A stretch of DNA of 64,000 nt from Selaginella moellendorffii (taxonomy: Eukaryota; Plantae; Lycopodiophyta): NCBI RefSeq assembly GCF_000143415.4, contig NW_003314377.1:124001-188000 (forward strand), in the 5' to 3' direction. The position numbers and the translations under genes were made by a program. This document shows positions 46,720 to 60,534 of the stretch, piece by piece; position 1 is the stretch's first letter, and the number at the start of each line of letters is the position of its first letter. The notes under the pieces are model-generated. The model ran no database searches. It was not told where the DNA came from and was given only the letters and a program-made list of their open reading frames with translations.

Positions 46720-47813
46720 AGTTCTAGCAATGCTAGCTTTGAAAGAAAGCTTGCGAGTTCCTGAGAGAATGGGATGGAATGGCGATCCTTGTGCTCCGTT
46801 TAATTGGGATACATGGGAAGGTGTCACTTGCAATTATGCTCCGGATGGGAAATCCCTCGTCATCACTCGTCTGTAAGTTTTCAGTGCTTTACTTCTCTTT
46901 CTCATTTAAGGCACGAGCAGGGATTTGTCTGGTCAAGGACTGAAAGGAACAATCAACGACAAAATCACCTCACTGAAGCATCTGAGATATTTGTAAGTTC
47001 CGCTCTAGAAACACATTTCAAGGCCCGAGTTTGATGCATTCTTCTTGGATCCACAGGAACATGAGCAACAACAACTTACGAGGAAGCATTCCCTCCGGTC
47101 TTGGAAACGACAATCTCGAAACTGTGTAAGTTTTATATTCATTGACTTGGCAATTTAATGTGCTGGACTTTTGGACAGGGATTTGTCTTCGAATGATCTG
47201 ACAGGAAGCATTCCAGAAAGCTTGGGCCAAGCGCAACTTGTCAAAGTGTAAGAACACGTTTTTCTCTAGAAACTTTCGCCTAATCTTTAACAGGCTTCTA
47301 AACAACAACGAGCTAAATGGACAAGTTCCACTGACTCTCTACACCATCGGTGTACGTGGTGGATTCTTCAAGTAAGAAAAGAGCTTATAGATTTGTTCCT
47401 CTTCTTTTGGCGAACTTACCATTCTCTCCGGATCATTGCAGCATTTCTTCCAACGACGATCTCTGCGGAGTTCCCGCACTGCCCGATTGCCCCTTCTGGC
47501 AACGCCAGGAGCTCTCGACTCCTGCTAAGATTGGCATAGCTCTCACAGCTCTAGCCGGCGCTGCTGCTCTTTCCACGCTGATCTACATTTTCGTCATCCG
47601 GAGGCGAAGAGACGACTATAACTTTGGCCTTCCTCATCAGCTCGCCTGTAAGTTTAAGCTTGTTCCTTAGGAGCAACTCCTGGCTCTTTCTTCTTTCTTT
47701 TTCTCGCAGCTCGGAGCGCACGGTATCAAAGACACAAATCTAAGCTACGACTGGAAGATTCGTCCGCGCCAGTGTCAAAGTTTGGCTTCGCCGCAAACAT
47801 GAACACGCTGTAA
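45296..47813 (+). CDS. malectin-like/LRR receptor-like protein (RLP4-like, no kinase domain), multi-exon
   Basis: Signal peptide, malectin-like domain (RIDCG, LRYFP..GKKNCY, WFHFAEID), GWNGDPCAP..W, short LRR exons, one TM helix and a short cytoplasmic tail. Confidence 0.9.
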
Positions 47814-47920
47814 AAACAAAACATAGATATCTACCTTTTAACTACAACAGTGAAGTTTTAACGGATTTTAGGGCAGGGAGAAGTGAATGGCAAGCGCGAT
47901 CGGGGCGGGAGGAGCTTTGC

Positions 47921-50170
47921 ATGGATCTTGGACGCGGCCGGAGCTGCCCGATCGCCAGCAAGCGCAGGAGACCCTCGGCTGAGGGCGGAGCGTGCATCGA
48001 TCGATCGAGAATGGAGGATGTTTTGGAGGTTCTTCTCACGGATTTGGATGCGGGGGTCACGGACGCGGCGTTGGAGCACATTTTGCACAGGCAGAGCAGC
48101 GATGACGAGAAGGTAGAGTTATTGGATCGATGCCTGGCGCTAGGTCTCCAATTGCAAGGCGTGGCCAATCGGCTCGCTAGAGAGCACGCCGCGCAGCACA
48201 ACTCCTCCGTGTGGCCGTTTACTCCTGATCTAAGCATTAAGGTGAGCTCGCTCTGGAATTTTTTTTTCTCCTCCTTGATGGGCGATGGTTTGCACGAAGC
48301 GAAGATTTTCTCGTCGCTGGGAACGCAGACTTTGTGCCAGGCAGCGGCGGCGTGTACCATGTTTAGCAAGCTCGCGCTGGAAGCTGCTTGCTACACTAAC
48401 ATCGATCTCACGACTGGCGGATCGACTGTGACGGATGAAACGGTGGAAAAGGTCATTCACCGAGCTGGCCGCTGTCTCAGGTTTTGGTTTCGTTCTTTCT
48501 CTCGTTCTAGACTAAGTTCCATTTGATTTTTCAGATCTTTGAAGCTCGGAGTTGTGCTCCACCATTGCCGTTTGCACGGACTGAAGCCGAGTTCTAGTCC
48601 TCTCAAGTTTCCTGTCATATATGACAGAAGCATGTTCAACAAATCTTCGGAGTGGACGGCTTGTCCTCTCTCAAAGAGCTGCCTTCGTCCATTGATTGTC
48701 GATGGTGTAGCTGGGTAAAATTTTTCCTGTTTGCAAATCCTCGCTTACGATCTTTCCTTGCGTTTTGTTTCTCTTTCTTCAGAAGAATGTTGAAGGCCTT
48801 GCATCTCTACAACATCGAATCCATGGACAGCAAGTTCCTTTGCAAGGCACTGATGGCCTGTCCCGCTTTGATGGATTTGAAAGTCGTTGGCCTGTAAGAA
48901 GGAATAGTACCTTTTTATTTCTTCCGCGCTAACTTCTTACCAGCTTTTAGCAACGTGAGCTTGACGACATTGATGGATTGCTTGGGCACTACTTGTCATG
49001 AACTCGAGGGTCTATGTTGCCAACAGGCAAACCTTGGCTCATGGCCTGGACGTAAGTTTTCTTGCTGCTGTTGTTCGTTCGTCACCGCTTAATGTCCTGT
49101 CAAATCTTTGCAGACAATGTGAAATTTAGTGCGTGTAGCACTCTCGTCAAAGGATGCCCAAAGTTACTGTCGTTAACACTGAGTGAGTACCGGCTAGCAG
49201 ACAGAAAAGCTTCCGTCCTTTTGACTGTACGTTTATTGCTGGATTGTTTTTATGTCAGCTGAAACTCTCGTGCTTCTCAGGGACTGGAGCACCTTACTCA
49301 CGCTGATTTCTCTGGAGCCGATTACCTCAATGGTTTCTTCTTGAGGTAAGCGAGTGAAGAGTATCTCTTGTAAACTGAAAGCTGAGCTCGAGTTGTGTTT
49401 TGTTAGGAACCTCGTCGGCTGTGCTGAGCTTTGTCTCAAGACCTTGATTTTAAGAGATTGCGTGCGTTTGAAAGAGGTGTTAACTCGTCTTCACTTCCGG
49501 ATTTGTTAATGGACGGAAATGCAGGTTGAAGTCCAACGTTTTCTCTTTGGCTTAAGAGCAGGCGAATGCAAGAACCTCCGTCACCTTGTGAGTTATTAAA
49601 CATACCTGAAGGAGCTAGCTAACAGCGGCCTTATTGTTTCAGGACATTTCTAACAGAAACAATCTAGTTGGATCGGACTGGGGAAGAAGGATTCGTCCGA
49701 GGTACGTACGTTCCCGTTCCAGCCTTCACAAAACTAACTCTGCTCTCTTACATGGAAAAAGCTCCGAGTCGTTACTAGTTTTGCGCTCCGAACGTTCGGA
49801 TCTCTGCCTCATGGCCGACTACCCAAGCTCCAAATGGTATGCCGATTTGAAATCATATCGCTCTTTGCTCAGTCCTTGATCCTTCCCTCACAGTGGCAGT
49901 GATAGCTCCGTGAGCATGGACAGCTTCGAGGACAGCGAGAACGAGCAGATCCAGCTGAGCATCGAGTCCTCGGAGTACATGTCGGAGAACAGCTTCAGCT
50001 CAAGCAGTAGCAGCAGCCAACAGGACGAAGAGGAAGTGGAAGATGACGAGGAGGACCAGTACTTGATGAGCCAGGACGAGTTTTTTGAAGGCGATCTCGG
50101 AGAGCTCAGCCGTGGCAGTGAACAAAGCGATGGCATCAGATTCAACCTTCCTCTACCAAGTTTCGGATGA
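47921..50170 (+). CDS. F-box/LRR protein (SKIP17-like) with acidic tail, multi-exon
   Basis: F-box-like segment (LSIK|IFSSLGTQTLCQAAAACTMF) followed by RNI-type LRRs and DISN...RSDLCLMADYP. Confidence 0.75.
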
Positions 50171-50228
50171 GACAAGCAACAGAGAAGAAAGGCCGCATTC
50201 AACAAGAAAAAACTCTGGCTCTAGAAAC

Positions 50229-53143
50229 TCAGTCTCTATCCTTACCGAGAACGAGGAAGAGCTTCTCCCTCTCCAGCGCAAAAATGTTCCACAGCGTCTG
50301 CTCATCCGGCTCCCGCTGCTTCTGTGCCAATATCTGCGACTCCACCACCGAAATGGCCGCGTCCTCGAGCTTCTCAATCTCGTCCTCGACGCGCAAGAAA
50401 CTCTCCATCAACACGTCCTTGACCGCCAACGCTACCGCGACGTTCTCGTATAGCTTCGGAGGTGGCGGCGGCGGGATCTCCTCCCCATCTTCGTTATAAA
50501 GTGGCTCGGGTGGTGGCGGCGGCTCCTCCTCCTCGAGCATGTCCGGGTCGAGCCCTTCCTCTATGGCCTTCTGGCGGCGGACCTCAAGACGAGCGTCCTC
50601 CTCCGCCTTGGCCTTCGCAGCGATGTCCGCCAGAGTGTTCTCCACCGCGTCGTGGACGGGATGGATGGCCTCGCTGAAGATCTTGAAGAGAGCCAAGTGG
50701 AACGTCGACGATGGATGAGCTGGGATCTCCGCCAGCTTCTTGATCTTTGGACACAGGCTGAGCACCTCGCGCCGGTTCTCCTCGCTGGTGATGTTCTCGC
50801 TGGCCTTGATGGTGTTTGCGAGCGATCCGTCCCACTCTATAGTGAGAACCGGCTCTGGCGGCGGGGGTGGCGGCGGGGGTGGCGGCGGGGGGGCTCCTTT
50901 CTTGGGTGGCGGAGGTGGCGGCGGTGGTGGTAACTCTTCTACTGGAGGCTTTCGACTCTCGGCCTCCTCGAGCAAGGTGGCGTTGATGGCGGTGACGAGC
51001 TTGCGGCAGTAAGCGTCGGCGGCTGGGTTGTGGTACATTGGTGGCTCCGAGCCGAGGTTTCCTCGCAGGAATGCGTAGGCCGCGGGGGAGTACAGGTAGT
51101 CGGGCTTGCTCTTGAGCGTGGTGCATGTCAAGTCCGAGGAGTTGTCCAGCAGCTCTTCGATGACTTCCTCGACTCCGTGCATCATCTCTCGGTACTCGAG
51201 CTCCCGGGTCAGCTTGTTCCTCAGGTCCCTGCGAAAACAAGATGAAGTTCACGCAAAGTTTGAGATGGAGGGAGGAGTTTACCCTTTGAGATCTTCGGTC
51301 GTGGCTACGCCCTTGAAGTAGATTGGCGCGGGAGGGTCGGGCAGCACGGGAGTGGTCCAGAGGACCCACGTCTCGTAGAAGGATCCCGCAAAGTTGGAGA
51401 AGAAATTGAAACGGAAGTTTTGCACTTCGCCGGGTAGTATGCGGCCGCTGGATGCCAATACGGTGAAGCGGTTGTGACGAGGAACTTGGAAGTTTTTATC
51501 TGCCAAAGGGATGTTAGAGCTTTGATGAAAACTATCTTTCCAAAGCTATAACATATTGTCTCGACAATAGCAAATACCATTCCAAGACTTTGATGGCTCC
51601 ACGATTGGATCCTGAGGCCGCTTCTTCCAGCTATAGTAAACGGCAACAGTGCCAACGTTTCTCATGGTGACATCTCGACTTGCTATCTCACCTGATGCAA
51701 GCACAGGCCATGTTTCGGAGCAACGGCAATTTTCGAGCTTTCACAAACCTGCCTTTGCTGTGAACAGTAGCGATTCTGTGCTAACTTTGATGGCTGGCTG
51801 GCTGTAAACCTCGCCAGCAGGCGCCTCCTCGCTTTTCTTTCCAAACTGTAAGCCGGAAGAACAAGAAAAACACTTCAAAAACACAAGCAAATTCCTGAAA
51901 GTCGACTACCTTGATACGCTCTCCTCCTTTCCGCTGCCGTTCAGCCTCTGGTTTGATCTTGTTTCCTACAAGCTGCCAACACCACTCCGTTGTTAGAAGA
52001 TCGTTAATAGAAAGCAAACACTAGCTCTAAAGTGTTGCCTTGCTGAGAGGATGCGTCACCCCGTCTAAAACCGCCAGCCATCCATTACCAGAAGAAAAAC
52101 TTAGCAAGCTTTGCAAACCCTGGCTTGTCCCAAAGAGATGAGAGCCACCACAAGTGGATTCCAATCCCAAAACACCACTCCTGTTAAAACATTATTCAAG
52201 GTTTTGAAAGCAAGCCTCGGCTTCCAAAACCATTAGAAACTGGACAAAAGAAAGAAAGCTTTCGAAGAAAACTAAAGCTCTGGTACATACCTGGAAACCA
52301 TGAAAGTTTGGACGATGAGGCACTGTTGTCCGGATCCCCTTCTCGAGGCGCTCCATGTAGAGCTCAAACGGCCCCCATCGGCTTTTTCTCGTGTCCTGCC
52401 GCGAGTCTGTTTTGGTGAAGTAGTCCAGAGACATGTTTTCTTTGAGCGGGTTGCCAATCCTTTCGAGCGTGCGCTGAGCTAGAAGATCGTAAGGCATAGG
52501 CACAGCCGTTAAGTCACCAATCATAGGCTCGACCATCCAGTAATCTCGCAAGCTGATCTCCCACTGCCAAGAACCGGGAGGAAAAAAATGAGAAAACAAA
52601 AACGAGAGCTCGTGAGAAATCGAACAGAGGGAGCTTACCGTGTTTTCTCCGTAGTATCTATCTAAGTCGGACTTGGATTTCTCAAGGATGAGAATGTTCT
52701 CTTGCTTCAAGCGATAGAGGTTGATGTTTTCCATGAGTATGTCCTCCTCGACTTTCTCGGTTTGCTTCATTGCCAGCTTTTTGGACTCCTCGTAGTTTCG
52801 ACAATGGTACTGGTATCGCCTGCGAGATAGAAACAATGAGCAAGAACTTTCTTCTATCTAGAACAGAAGAATCAGGAAAAAAAAATGGAAGTGCTGCTTA
52901 CTTGAAGGCGTTCTGGTGCTTGCGGTCCTCGATTTTCTGGAAGATGTGCTTCTTCTCTTTGGCAACCTTTTTTGGCGGCTTGAAGATGGACACCCTCGAT
53001 CGCTTTTGCAACTCAGAGGGAAGCTCCTGGAGGGGCTGCGCGAGCGCCTTGTTTGAATCAAAGCCATCGCCAGGGACTGGAATCATGGTCGCCCGGAAAG
53101 ACCAATTGTTCTTCTTCACCGGGTACATGTTCTTGGCCGCCAT
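50229..53143 (-). CDS. MYCBP-associated protein-like (ciliary/flagellar), multi-exon, with Pro-rich inserts
   Basis: WEISLRD, an Ig/ASH-like segment ENVGTVAVYYSW...SGRILPGEVQNFRFNFFSNFAGSFYETWVLWTTPVL...FKGVA, and a Glu/Pro-rich C-terminus. Family assigned from memory. Confidence 0.65.
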
Positions 53144-53544
53144 GGCGCCGCCCTCCGCCCTCTCTCCAATTCAAATGCTGGAAACGCGCCAAATGCCGAG
53201 CCCTAGGTCCCAGCTCGGCCGAGGTTCGAATCCCTTCCTAGCTCGTTCGATCGATCTAATCGCTATTCTAGCTAAGAATCTCCCTCGCATCGATTACCTT
53301 GCTAGGTCTTGGCGAGCCTTTCTCTTGATCTCTCATTTCTTCGCTCTAGCAACGCCAGCGATCGCGAAGCCCTCGCATTCTTCCTTTGGCGGGAGTGATT
53401 TCCTCGAGCTCCGAAAGGTCGCGAGCTCGAATCCCAGCTGGGCCGGATGGACTGACGGAATGTTCTTGGTGATATTTGGGGGTTTAGGGCTCAAGTGACG
53501 GAATATGATAGGGCCTTGCTCGAGCTGGAGATAGCGCGCGCGCC

Positions 53545-55482
53545 ATGGCGGGCGTTCTTCCTTTCTCATGCTTCCAGCGGCGATATTTCGACGCGCCCGA
53601 CACAAAATGTGGATCTTCTTCTCTTTCAGATTGCGCTGAGCCGTGTTCTTCGTCCGTCGCCTCTCCGTGCTGGATTTCGTCGAGGTATGATCCACGCAGA
53701 GCAGCGCGGGGGGTTAGAATCCAGGTAGCGGCTGCAGTAGCGAGGAATTCTCCAAGGATTAGGAACCTTAGGAACAATCCCGGCCCGGCGTTGAGCCCCG
53801 AGCAGCTTGCGTGGGAACGGATGATGCTCGAGGTAGAGAAATCTCCCGAGCCACTGGCAATTCTCAAGAAGTACGCTGGAGATGGAAATATTTCTAGGGA
53901 GAGTGTCGTCGGGACGCTCACCAGGTTTAAGCAAATGCAGGCGTGGAAGATAATTATCAAGGTTCGTGATCTTAGGAAAGAAAAACATGTGTTTCTCATT
54001 CTTTCTCTTCCAGTTCACGGAATGGCTCATGGAGCAAGGATGGTACAATTTCAACCAGAAGGATTACTTCCTGGTTTTGCTGGCCTATTGCAAGGATGGG
54101 CAAGTCGACAAGACGGAAGGAATTTTCCAACGAATGGCAGAGCTTGGTGTTGCGGCCAACATCGAAATGTACACGCTACAAATCGAAGGCTACGGTCGAC
54201 GACGGAGTTTTGACAAGGCTGAAGCTGTGTTTCAGAGACTGCTAACAACTGGTCCTTCGCCTACAGCACAGACTTATCAAACCATGATGAAATCATACAG
54301 TGAGGTAAATCCTCTTTCCTTATTTCCTATCGATCAATGTGTGTTACACAGGCTGGGAGGTTGGATGATGTCCAACGAATTTTTAAGCTGGTAACAGATT
54401 CGCCGAGTCCAACAGTAAAACCGGACGCGAGAATGTATAATTTGATGATTCATACGTATGGGAAGCAGGGCAAAGTTGAACAGGCCATGTCCGTTTATCA
54501 GTCGATGAAACGTGAGCGCGTGGCATTAACGATAGTTACGTTCAACAGTCTTCTTGCATGTCAAAAGACTTGGAAGGATGCTGAAGATGTTTTCCGGAAG
54601 GTAAACATTCATTTCGATTATTTCAGCGATGCTGAACCCGCTCTTTTTATTTTGCAGTTGCAAGCTGCCAAGCTCGACCCAGATGTCTTCTCATATACCG
54701 CTCTGGTAAATGCGTACGCCAAGGCGAGGAGGGCGGAATGTGCACACGCTGCTTTCGATGACATGATTGCCGCTGGCATAAGGTAGTGAGTGATTGAATC
54801 CTTGTATGATCTAAATTTTTGTTTTTCAGACCGACACAAGTTGCCTATAACGCACTTATTAATGCGTATGCGAAGTGTAAAGATCCGGAGGGAGCACGAG
54901 CTGTTTTAAAACAGATGAAACAGAACGGGTATAATTCTCCTAACTATTTTTTAGTCGAGTCTAATAGTCGAAAACAGGTGTACCCCTACCGTGGAGTCCT
55001 ATACGTCTTTGATATCTGCTTATGTTAGCGTGAACTTGATGGCTAAAGCGGAACAGACAGTTTTGCGAATGAAGGAAGCGGACTTGCAACCCAACTTGCA
55101 GACATTTTGCATTCTGATGACGGGCTACGCGAACGGGAACAAGTTAGACAACATGATGAGGTCTTTCGAGACGATGAAGCTTGCGGGATTAGAACCAAAC
55201 CGTCACGTGTACACGGTACTGGTAAACGCCTATGGGTCCAACGACGATTTTGATTCAGCTATCATCTGGTACAAGCAAATGCTAGGCACTGGATGCAAAC
55301 CGGATCCAATTCTGAGAACAGTACTGCTGAAAATAGCCAAGAGTCACGAGCAAACGGAGGAGATACACGAGCTTCTAGGAATGCAAAAATCTGCTAGGAG
55401 TTTGGAAGAAGGCTTGGACACAGGAGTGGATACTCTGGTTCTGCCCCAACTGGAGAAACAGGAACTAGTGGCTGCTCGATGA
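53545..55482 (+). CDS. P-class PPR protein, probably plastid-targeted (At3g59040-like), multi-exon
   Basis: VVGTLTRFKQMQAW...EWL..QGWYNF, KPDARMYNLMI, PDVFSYTALVNAYAKARR, RPTQVAYNALINAYA. Confidence 0.9.
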
Positions 55483-55945
55483 AACCACAGACAGGAAATT
55501 TTGCTTTAGATCCAGGAAACTAGAGCTGGGGACCTGCTGGAATTGTATACATAAGTCCAAAGGTACGGCCTTTCGTTTAGTTTCGGTTCTGAGTGACTTG
55601 TGTTTTGCTCCAGGCTTCAGTTTCTCTACTGTACAGAGCGGAACTGAACTGACTGTTGCAAGCAAGTTGCTGCTGGTCGTGATTAAAAAACAAAGAAAAG
55701 AAAAAAAGAACTACTTTTTGTTATCGCTTTGGAGTTGAATGGACGTGAGTTTCTGCATTGCATTTCTTCTCTTTCTAGGTAGTTAGTTTGGATTTCTAGG
55801 ATATTCTCGTGTCGAGAAATCCATATCTTACAGATCTCGTCATCATAGACCGAAGCTGACAAAAGACAAGGGGACATATTCCAGATTCTCAGCCTGTATG
55901 TAAAAAAGACTGGTTTCTTCGGTGTTCTTGAAACAGCAGCAAGAA

Positions 55946-58173
55946 ATGGCAACCACAGTTCTAAGTGTGAGCGTTCCAGCGAAGAATGATTTCCAGCATC
56001 CTGTCGAAGATCAGCAACCAGAACTGGAGTACTGCGTCAATGACAGTCCTCCGTGGGGTTCGTATGAATTTTGCATTTCATTTGGTTCTTGTTCCTGCTG
56101 ACAGTAGTTTTATCTTCTTTTTCTAGTCGAAACATCGTTTCTGGCTTTTCAACACTACCTCACGATGCTCGGAACGACTGTAGTAATTCCAAGTATCATG
56201 GTCGACGCAATCGGAGGCGACGATGTAAGTGGAGCATTTTTGTTCTCAAGGCTGACACGCTGCACTGTTTTGTTTCTTTTTTCTCCAGCGACACAGGACT
56301 CTAGTTATTCAAGCGTTGCTCTTCGTCAGCGGCCTGACTACGCTCGGTCAGACTTTCTTTGGGACGAGGCTCCCGGCAGTGATTGGAGGATCCTACGCCT
56401 TTATGATTCCGACGCTGACAATTATCAATTCCCCGAAACTGCTTAGCATCTATGATTCCGAGGAGGTACTTTGTGTTTGTTTCTTTCTTTGGTGATTGGA
56501 TTTGAATGTTTACGTTGTAGAGATTTCTTCAAACCATACGTGCAATTCAAGGTGCTCTTATTTGCGCTTCCAGCATTCAAATAGCTCTGGGATTTAGTGG
56601 AGTGTGGGGTGTATTTTCAAGGTCAGTTTTGAAAGATTTTCTTCTTTCGTTTGTTGTAACGAACTCGACCAGGTTTATGTGCCCCATGACAATAGCTCCT
56701 GTTATTATGATGACTGCTCTAGGAATTTACGAGTATGGATTTCCCGGGGTTGGAAAATGCGTGCAAATTGGACTTCCTCAGCTGGCATTGATACTCATCC
56801 TTTCACAAGTATGTTATCAACTTTTTTTTTCTCACCTCACAATGCGTTTGCTCCACAGTACTTGAAATCGGTGAAGCTGCGGCCTCAAGGAATACCAGTG
56901 TTTGAGCGTTTTCCGATTATCTTTTCTATGGCCTTAATCTGGGCCTACGCGCAAGTTCTTACACTGAGTGGAGCTTATCGACATTCAAGCCCCTTGGGGC
57001 AGATGCACTGTCGAACGGACCGTGCTAATCTCATCAGCTCAGCTCCATGGTAAATCGTTTTGAACGTTCTTAGACACCTTACAGCTTTAAACATATAATG
57101 CAGGGTCAGGGTTCCGTATCCTTTGCAATGGGGAACTCCAACGTTCAGTGCAAGTCATGTGTTCGGGATGATGGCCGCGGTGCTTGTTTCTCTTGTTGAG
57201 GTGAGGAGTATTTTGGTTTTTATTCACGAGAGGAACTTCGTACGTTCTTCACGCAGTCTACGGGAACTTTTTATGGTCTATCGAGACTTTCGGGGGCGAC
57301 GCCTCCACCGTCTCATGTTTTGAGCCGTGGAATAGGCTGGCAGGTTCGTGTCACTCAATCTTTTGTTCTCTGATGAAGGTTGACCGTTTTATAAATATGA
57401 AAGGGAATTGGAATCATGCTCTGTGGCATGTTCGGGACTGCAACTGGTTGTACAGCTTTAGTGTAAGTTTGAACCTTTTTTGTTATCAAATCTGCAGTTT
57501 TCACTTCTGTGGTTTTGTAGGGAGAATGCAGGTTTGATTGGCCTAACAAGGGTTGGAAGCCGAAGAATAGTTCAACTATCAGCTATCTTGATGATCTTCT
57601 TCTCGGTTTTCGGTGAGCTGCAGAAACCAATCAAAAAATCATAACGTATTCTCTCTTGTTTTTCAGGTAAATTTGGTGCCATCCTTGCTTCAATCCCCGT
57701 GCCACTGTTTGCAGCGGTCTATTGCATTCTGGCCGGGGTGTTAGCTTCGACCGGTTTCACCTTTCTCCAATTTGCAAACTTAAGCTCCCGGAGGAATCTC
57801 TTCATCCTGGGATTCTCGCTGTTCCTGGGACTGTCAGTTCCGCAGTACTTTCGAGAGTTCGCCGATTCCGCAGGCCACGGTCCCGTGCACAGTGGAGCCA
57901 ACTGGGTACGATAAAAACCTCAGCTGTCCTCACCAAAATCTCTACCTCTCTTTGCAGTTTGACGATGCTCTCAACGTTACGTTCTCCTCCAATGCCGCAG
58001 TAACTCTGATGGTGGCGGTTCTCCTCGACAACACGCTCGACATTGGAGCGCCAAATGCAAAGAACCGCGGCGTGAATTGGTGGAGCAAGTTCTACAACTT
58101 TGGAGACGACGTGAGGAGCGAAGAGTTTTACAAGCTGCCACTAAACCTCAACGATTACTTCCCGCAAGCTTGA
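55946..58173 (+). CDS. nucleobase-ascorbate transporter (NAT/NCS2), multi-exon
   Basis: HPVEDQ..LEYCVNDSPPW, AFQHYLTMLGTTV, NAT signature ENAGLIGLTRVGSRR, SRRNLFILGFSLFLGLSVPQYF, SEEFYKLP. Confidence 0.95.
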
Positions 58174-58527
58174 AAAAAAATCCAGGCAAGAACATTGGTA
58201 TACTATATTCTTTTCAAGGACGCTGCTGGCTAAACTTTTCCTGTGCAGGGACGTGGCAACCACTGGTGTGCCTATAATGATAAAGGCGCGACTTTGGTTG
58301 GATTCCCGCCACGTAGCCGACGAATATACCCCTCCATGGAAGCCAGGTGCTTCCTCTTCGTCGCCCAAGAACTAAAGAGCTCTGTGTGTGCTGCAGTTAG
58401 AGGATAGGGTTAGGGTTTGCGATGCGCCTTCCAGTGGATGGAGAATTCCCGGAAGCCGATGTCTAGAATGAGGTACAATACCGATCTCTTCTTTCTACCA
58501 AGCTGGTCGTCTCTGCCCACTGTGAGC

Positions 58528-58666
58528 ATGGGAATGCTAGCTAGTCTCTTTTATGTTCTTCTTCTCTTCCTCTTTTCTCGCATTGGAGGGGCGGAGCTTC
58601 CTGTTGTATCCAGGATTGCTTTTGGTTCGTGTGCTCATCAGGACGTTCCTCAGGTTAAAAAAAACT

Positions 58667-58706
<40 letters not shown>

Positions 58707-60350
58707 ACTGATCCATATTCTTTTGTTTTTTGTTTTCCAGCCGATATGGTCGGCTGTGCTGGATTTCAAGCCCGAGGTGTTTATCTGGCTTGGAGACAAC
58801 ATTTACGCGGATAACAAGCGGCCGACTCGGGTGTTTGGAAAGGAACGCACCGCTGGGCCTTGGAAGAACATCCCCCGCTTCTCTCCTGTGTCGCTTGAAG
58901 AAATGGCGGAGAAGTATCGGAAAGGGAAGAGCGTTCCCGAGTACAAGAGATTGAGAGCAACTACACAGGTTGGTTCGTGATTTTTCTGGCTTGTTTATAG
59001 CACATTGCTCTTGGACAGATTATAGGAACTTGGGATGACCATGATTATGGCCTCAATGACGCTGGAAAGGAGTTTGAAGGCAAGAGGGAGAGCCAAAAGT
59101 TAATGCTGGAGAATTTGGACGAGCCTTTGGACAGCCCCAGGTAGGCAAGCGCGTAATTTTTCTATTATTCATCTGTTTTTTCGCTTTGTCTAGATGGTCC
59201 CAGGAGGGGGTCTATACGTCTTACTCTTATGGTCCTTTAGGAAAGAGAATTAAGGTATGATCGAAGCTTCGTTATCGTTTTGAGCTCCTGAAAGTAGCAT
59301 TTACAAGCAGGTTATTCTTCTAGATACAAGGTACCACAGAGATCCGATTTTCAGCGACGGGACGGTGCTGGGAGAAAAGCAGTGGACGTTTCTGGAGAAA
59401 GAACTGACCGAGACCGATGCGCAAATCAATATCATAGCTTCGTCCATTCAAGTGAGTATCTTCTGCTATTATCATGCTACATACGTGGGATTGATCTGTT
59501 TGCGCTTGTAAAGGTGTTGGGCAACTTTTCTTCGACTGTGCGACCTTTCTTTCACGTGGAAGCATGGTCGCACTTTCCAAAAGAGCAAGAACGACTTTTT
59601 GATGTAATTGCACGCTCGAATGTAAGTCTGGATGCTGAGGCTTTGGGATTTTGACATCCAGCTCTCTCCATGCACAGGCAAGTGGTGTTGTCTTTATCAG
59701 TGGGGATGTGCACTTTGGGGAAATCACTAGGTACGACTGTGGTATCAGCTACCCGCTTTATGATGTGACATCGAGTGGCCTTACACAGGCAGTGGAGCAG
59801 TCTAAGCTTGCTCCGCTAGCAAGGTTCTCTGCCTGGCTAATGCCAACTAGTATGAGGGTATACAATCAATGGTGCCGATACAGCTCTTGCGTTTATGGTT
59901 CGTATCAGTCTCTCTTCTCTTCTACTCATGTCTTGAGAATTTTGCAAACCTTCGTCACTCCAGGCAAACAGAACTTCGGAACTTTCCTCATCGACTGGAC
60001 CGAGGACAATGTCAAAATTGTCGCGGAGATCAGAGACGTGTTTGGACGGCCTGCGCTCAAGGAGATCATCCCGCTCTCGAAACTCCAGGCACAAGATGGA
60101 GCAGAGAGAAACTTCAAGCGGCTAAGGAAGAAGATCCAGAGGCACTGTACACGGGAAGTCGACCTTCCCTGGTACCTGAGATACCGACTGGCTGCCGTCG
60201 TTTACTCTCTCTTCACTGGTAAGTTCCCTTGTTTGCTCGCTTCTCGTTCTGACACAAGCAAAATGTGCAGTGATCATACTGGCTGTTTCTGTTTCCCTTT
60301 ACTGTCTGGTGAGAGTGGGAAGCAGCAAGCTTCACAAGAAGTCCGAGTGA
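58528..60350 (+). CDS. PhoD-like (alkaline phosphatase D) metallophosphatase with C-terminal TM and KKxx motif, multi-exon
   Basis: RIAFGSC, FIWLGDNIYAD, GTWDDHDYGLNDAG, LLDTRYHRD, FISGDVHFGEI; ends ...KKSE. Confidence 0.92.
58672..58704 (+). repeat. (TG)n microsatellite in the first PhoD intron
   Basis: About 16 TG units. Confidence 0.95.
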
Positions 60351-60534
60351 AAGTTAAAAGTACGTAGAGTTTATACTTTTGTTCTATTTTTAATCCACAA
60401 AGGGGATAACACTTGTTTAAGGATAAAGTACTATCTTACTCAGATAGTTTTTAATAGCATCCGAAATGATAGAGATGAGCAGGGCCTATAAAATGGTGCT
60501 ACAATCACAAGGGTTCGTGGTATCAGAGCTTGTG

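Noticed and set aside
53222-53233. Isolated B-box GGTTCGAATCC (another lies on the minus strand near 31180)
   Set aside because: There is no cloverleaf or properly spaced A-box; chance cannot be told apart from a TFIIIC-only site.
60518-60529. PBS-like TGGTATCAGAGC in the xylose isomerase leader
   Set aside because: No adjacent LTR end, partner LTR or TSD; it is probably chance or an unrecognisable relic.
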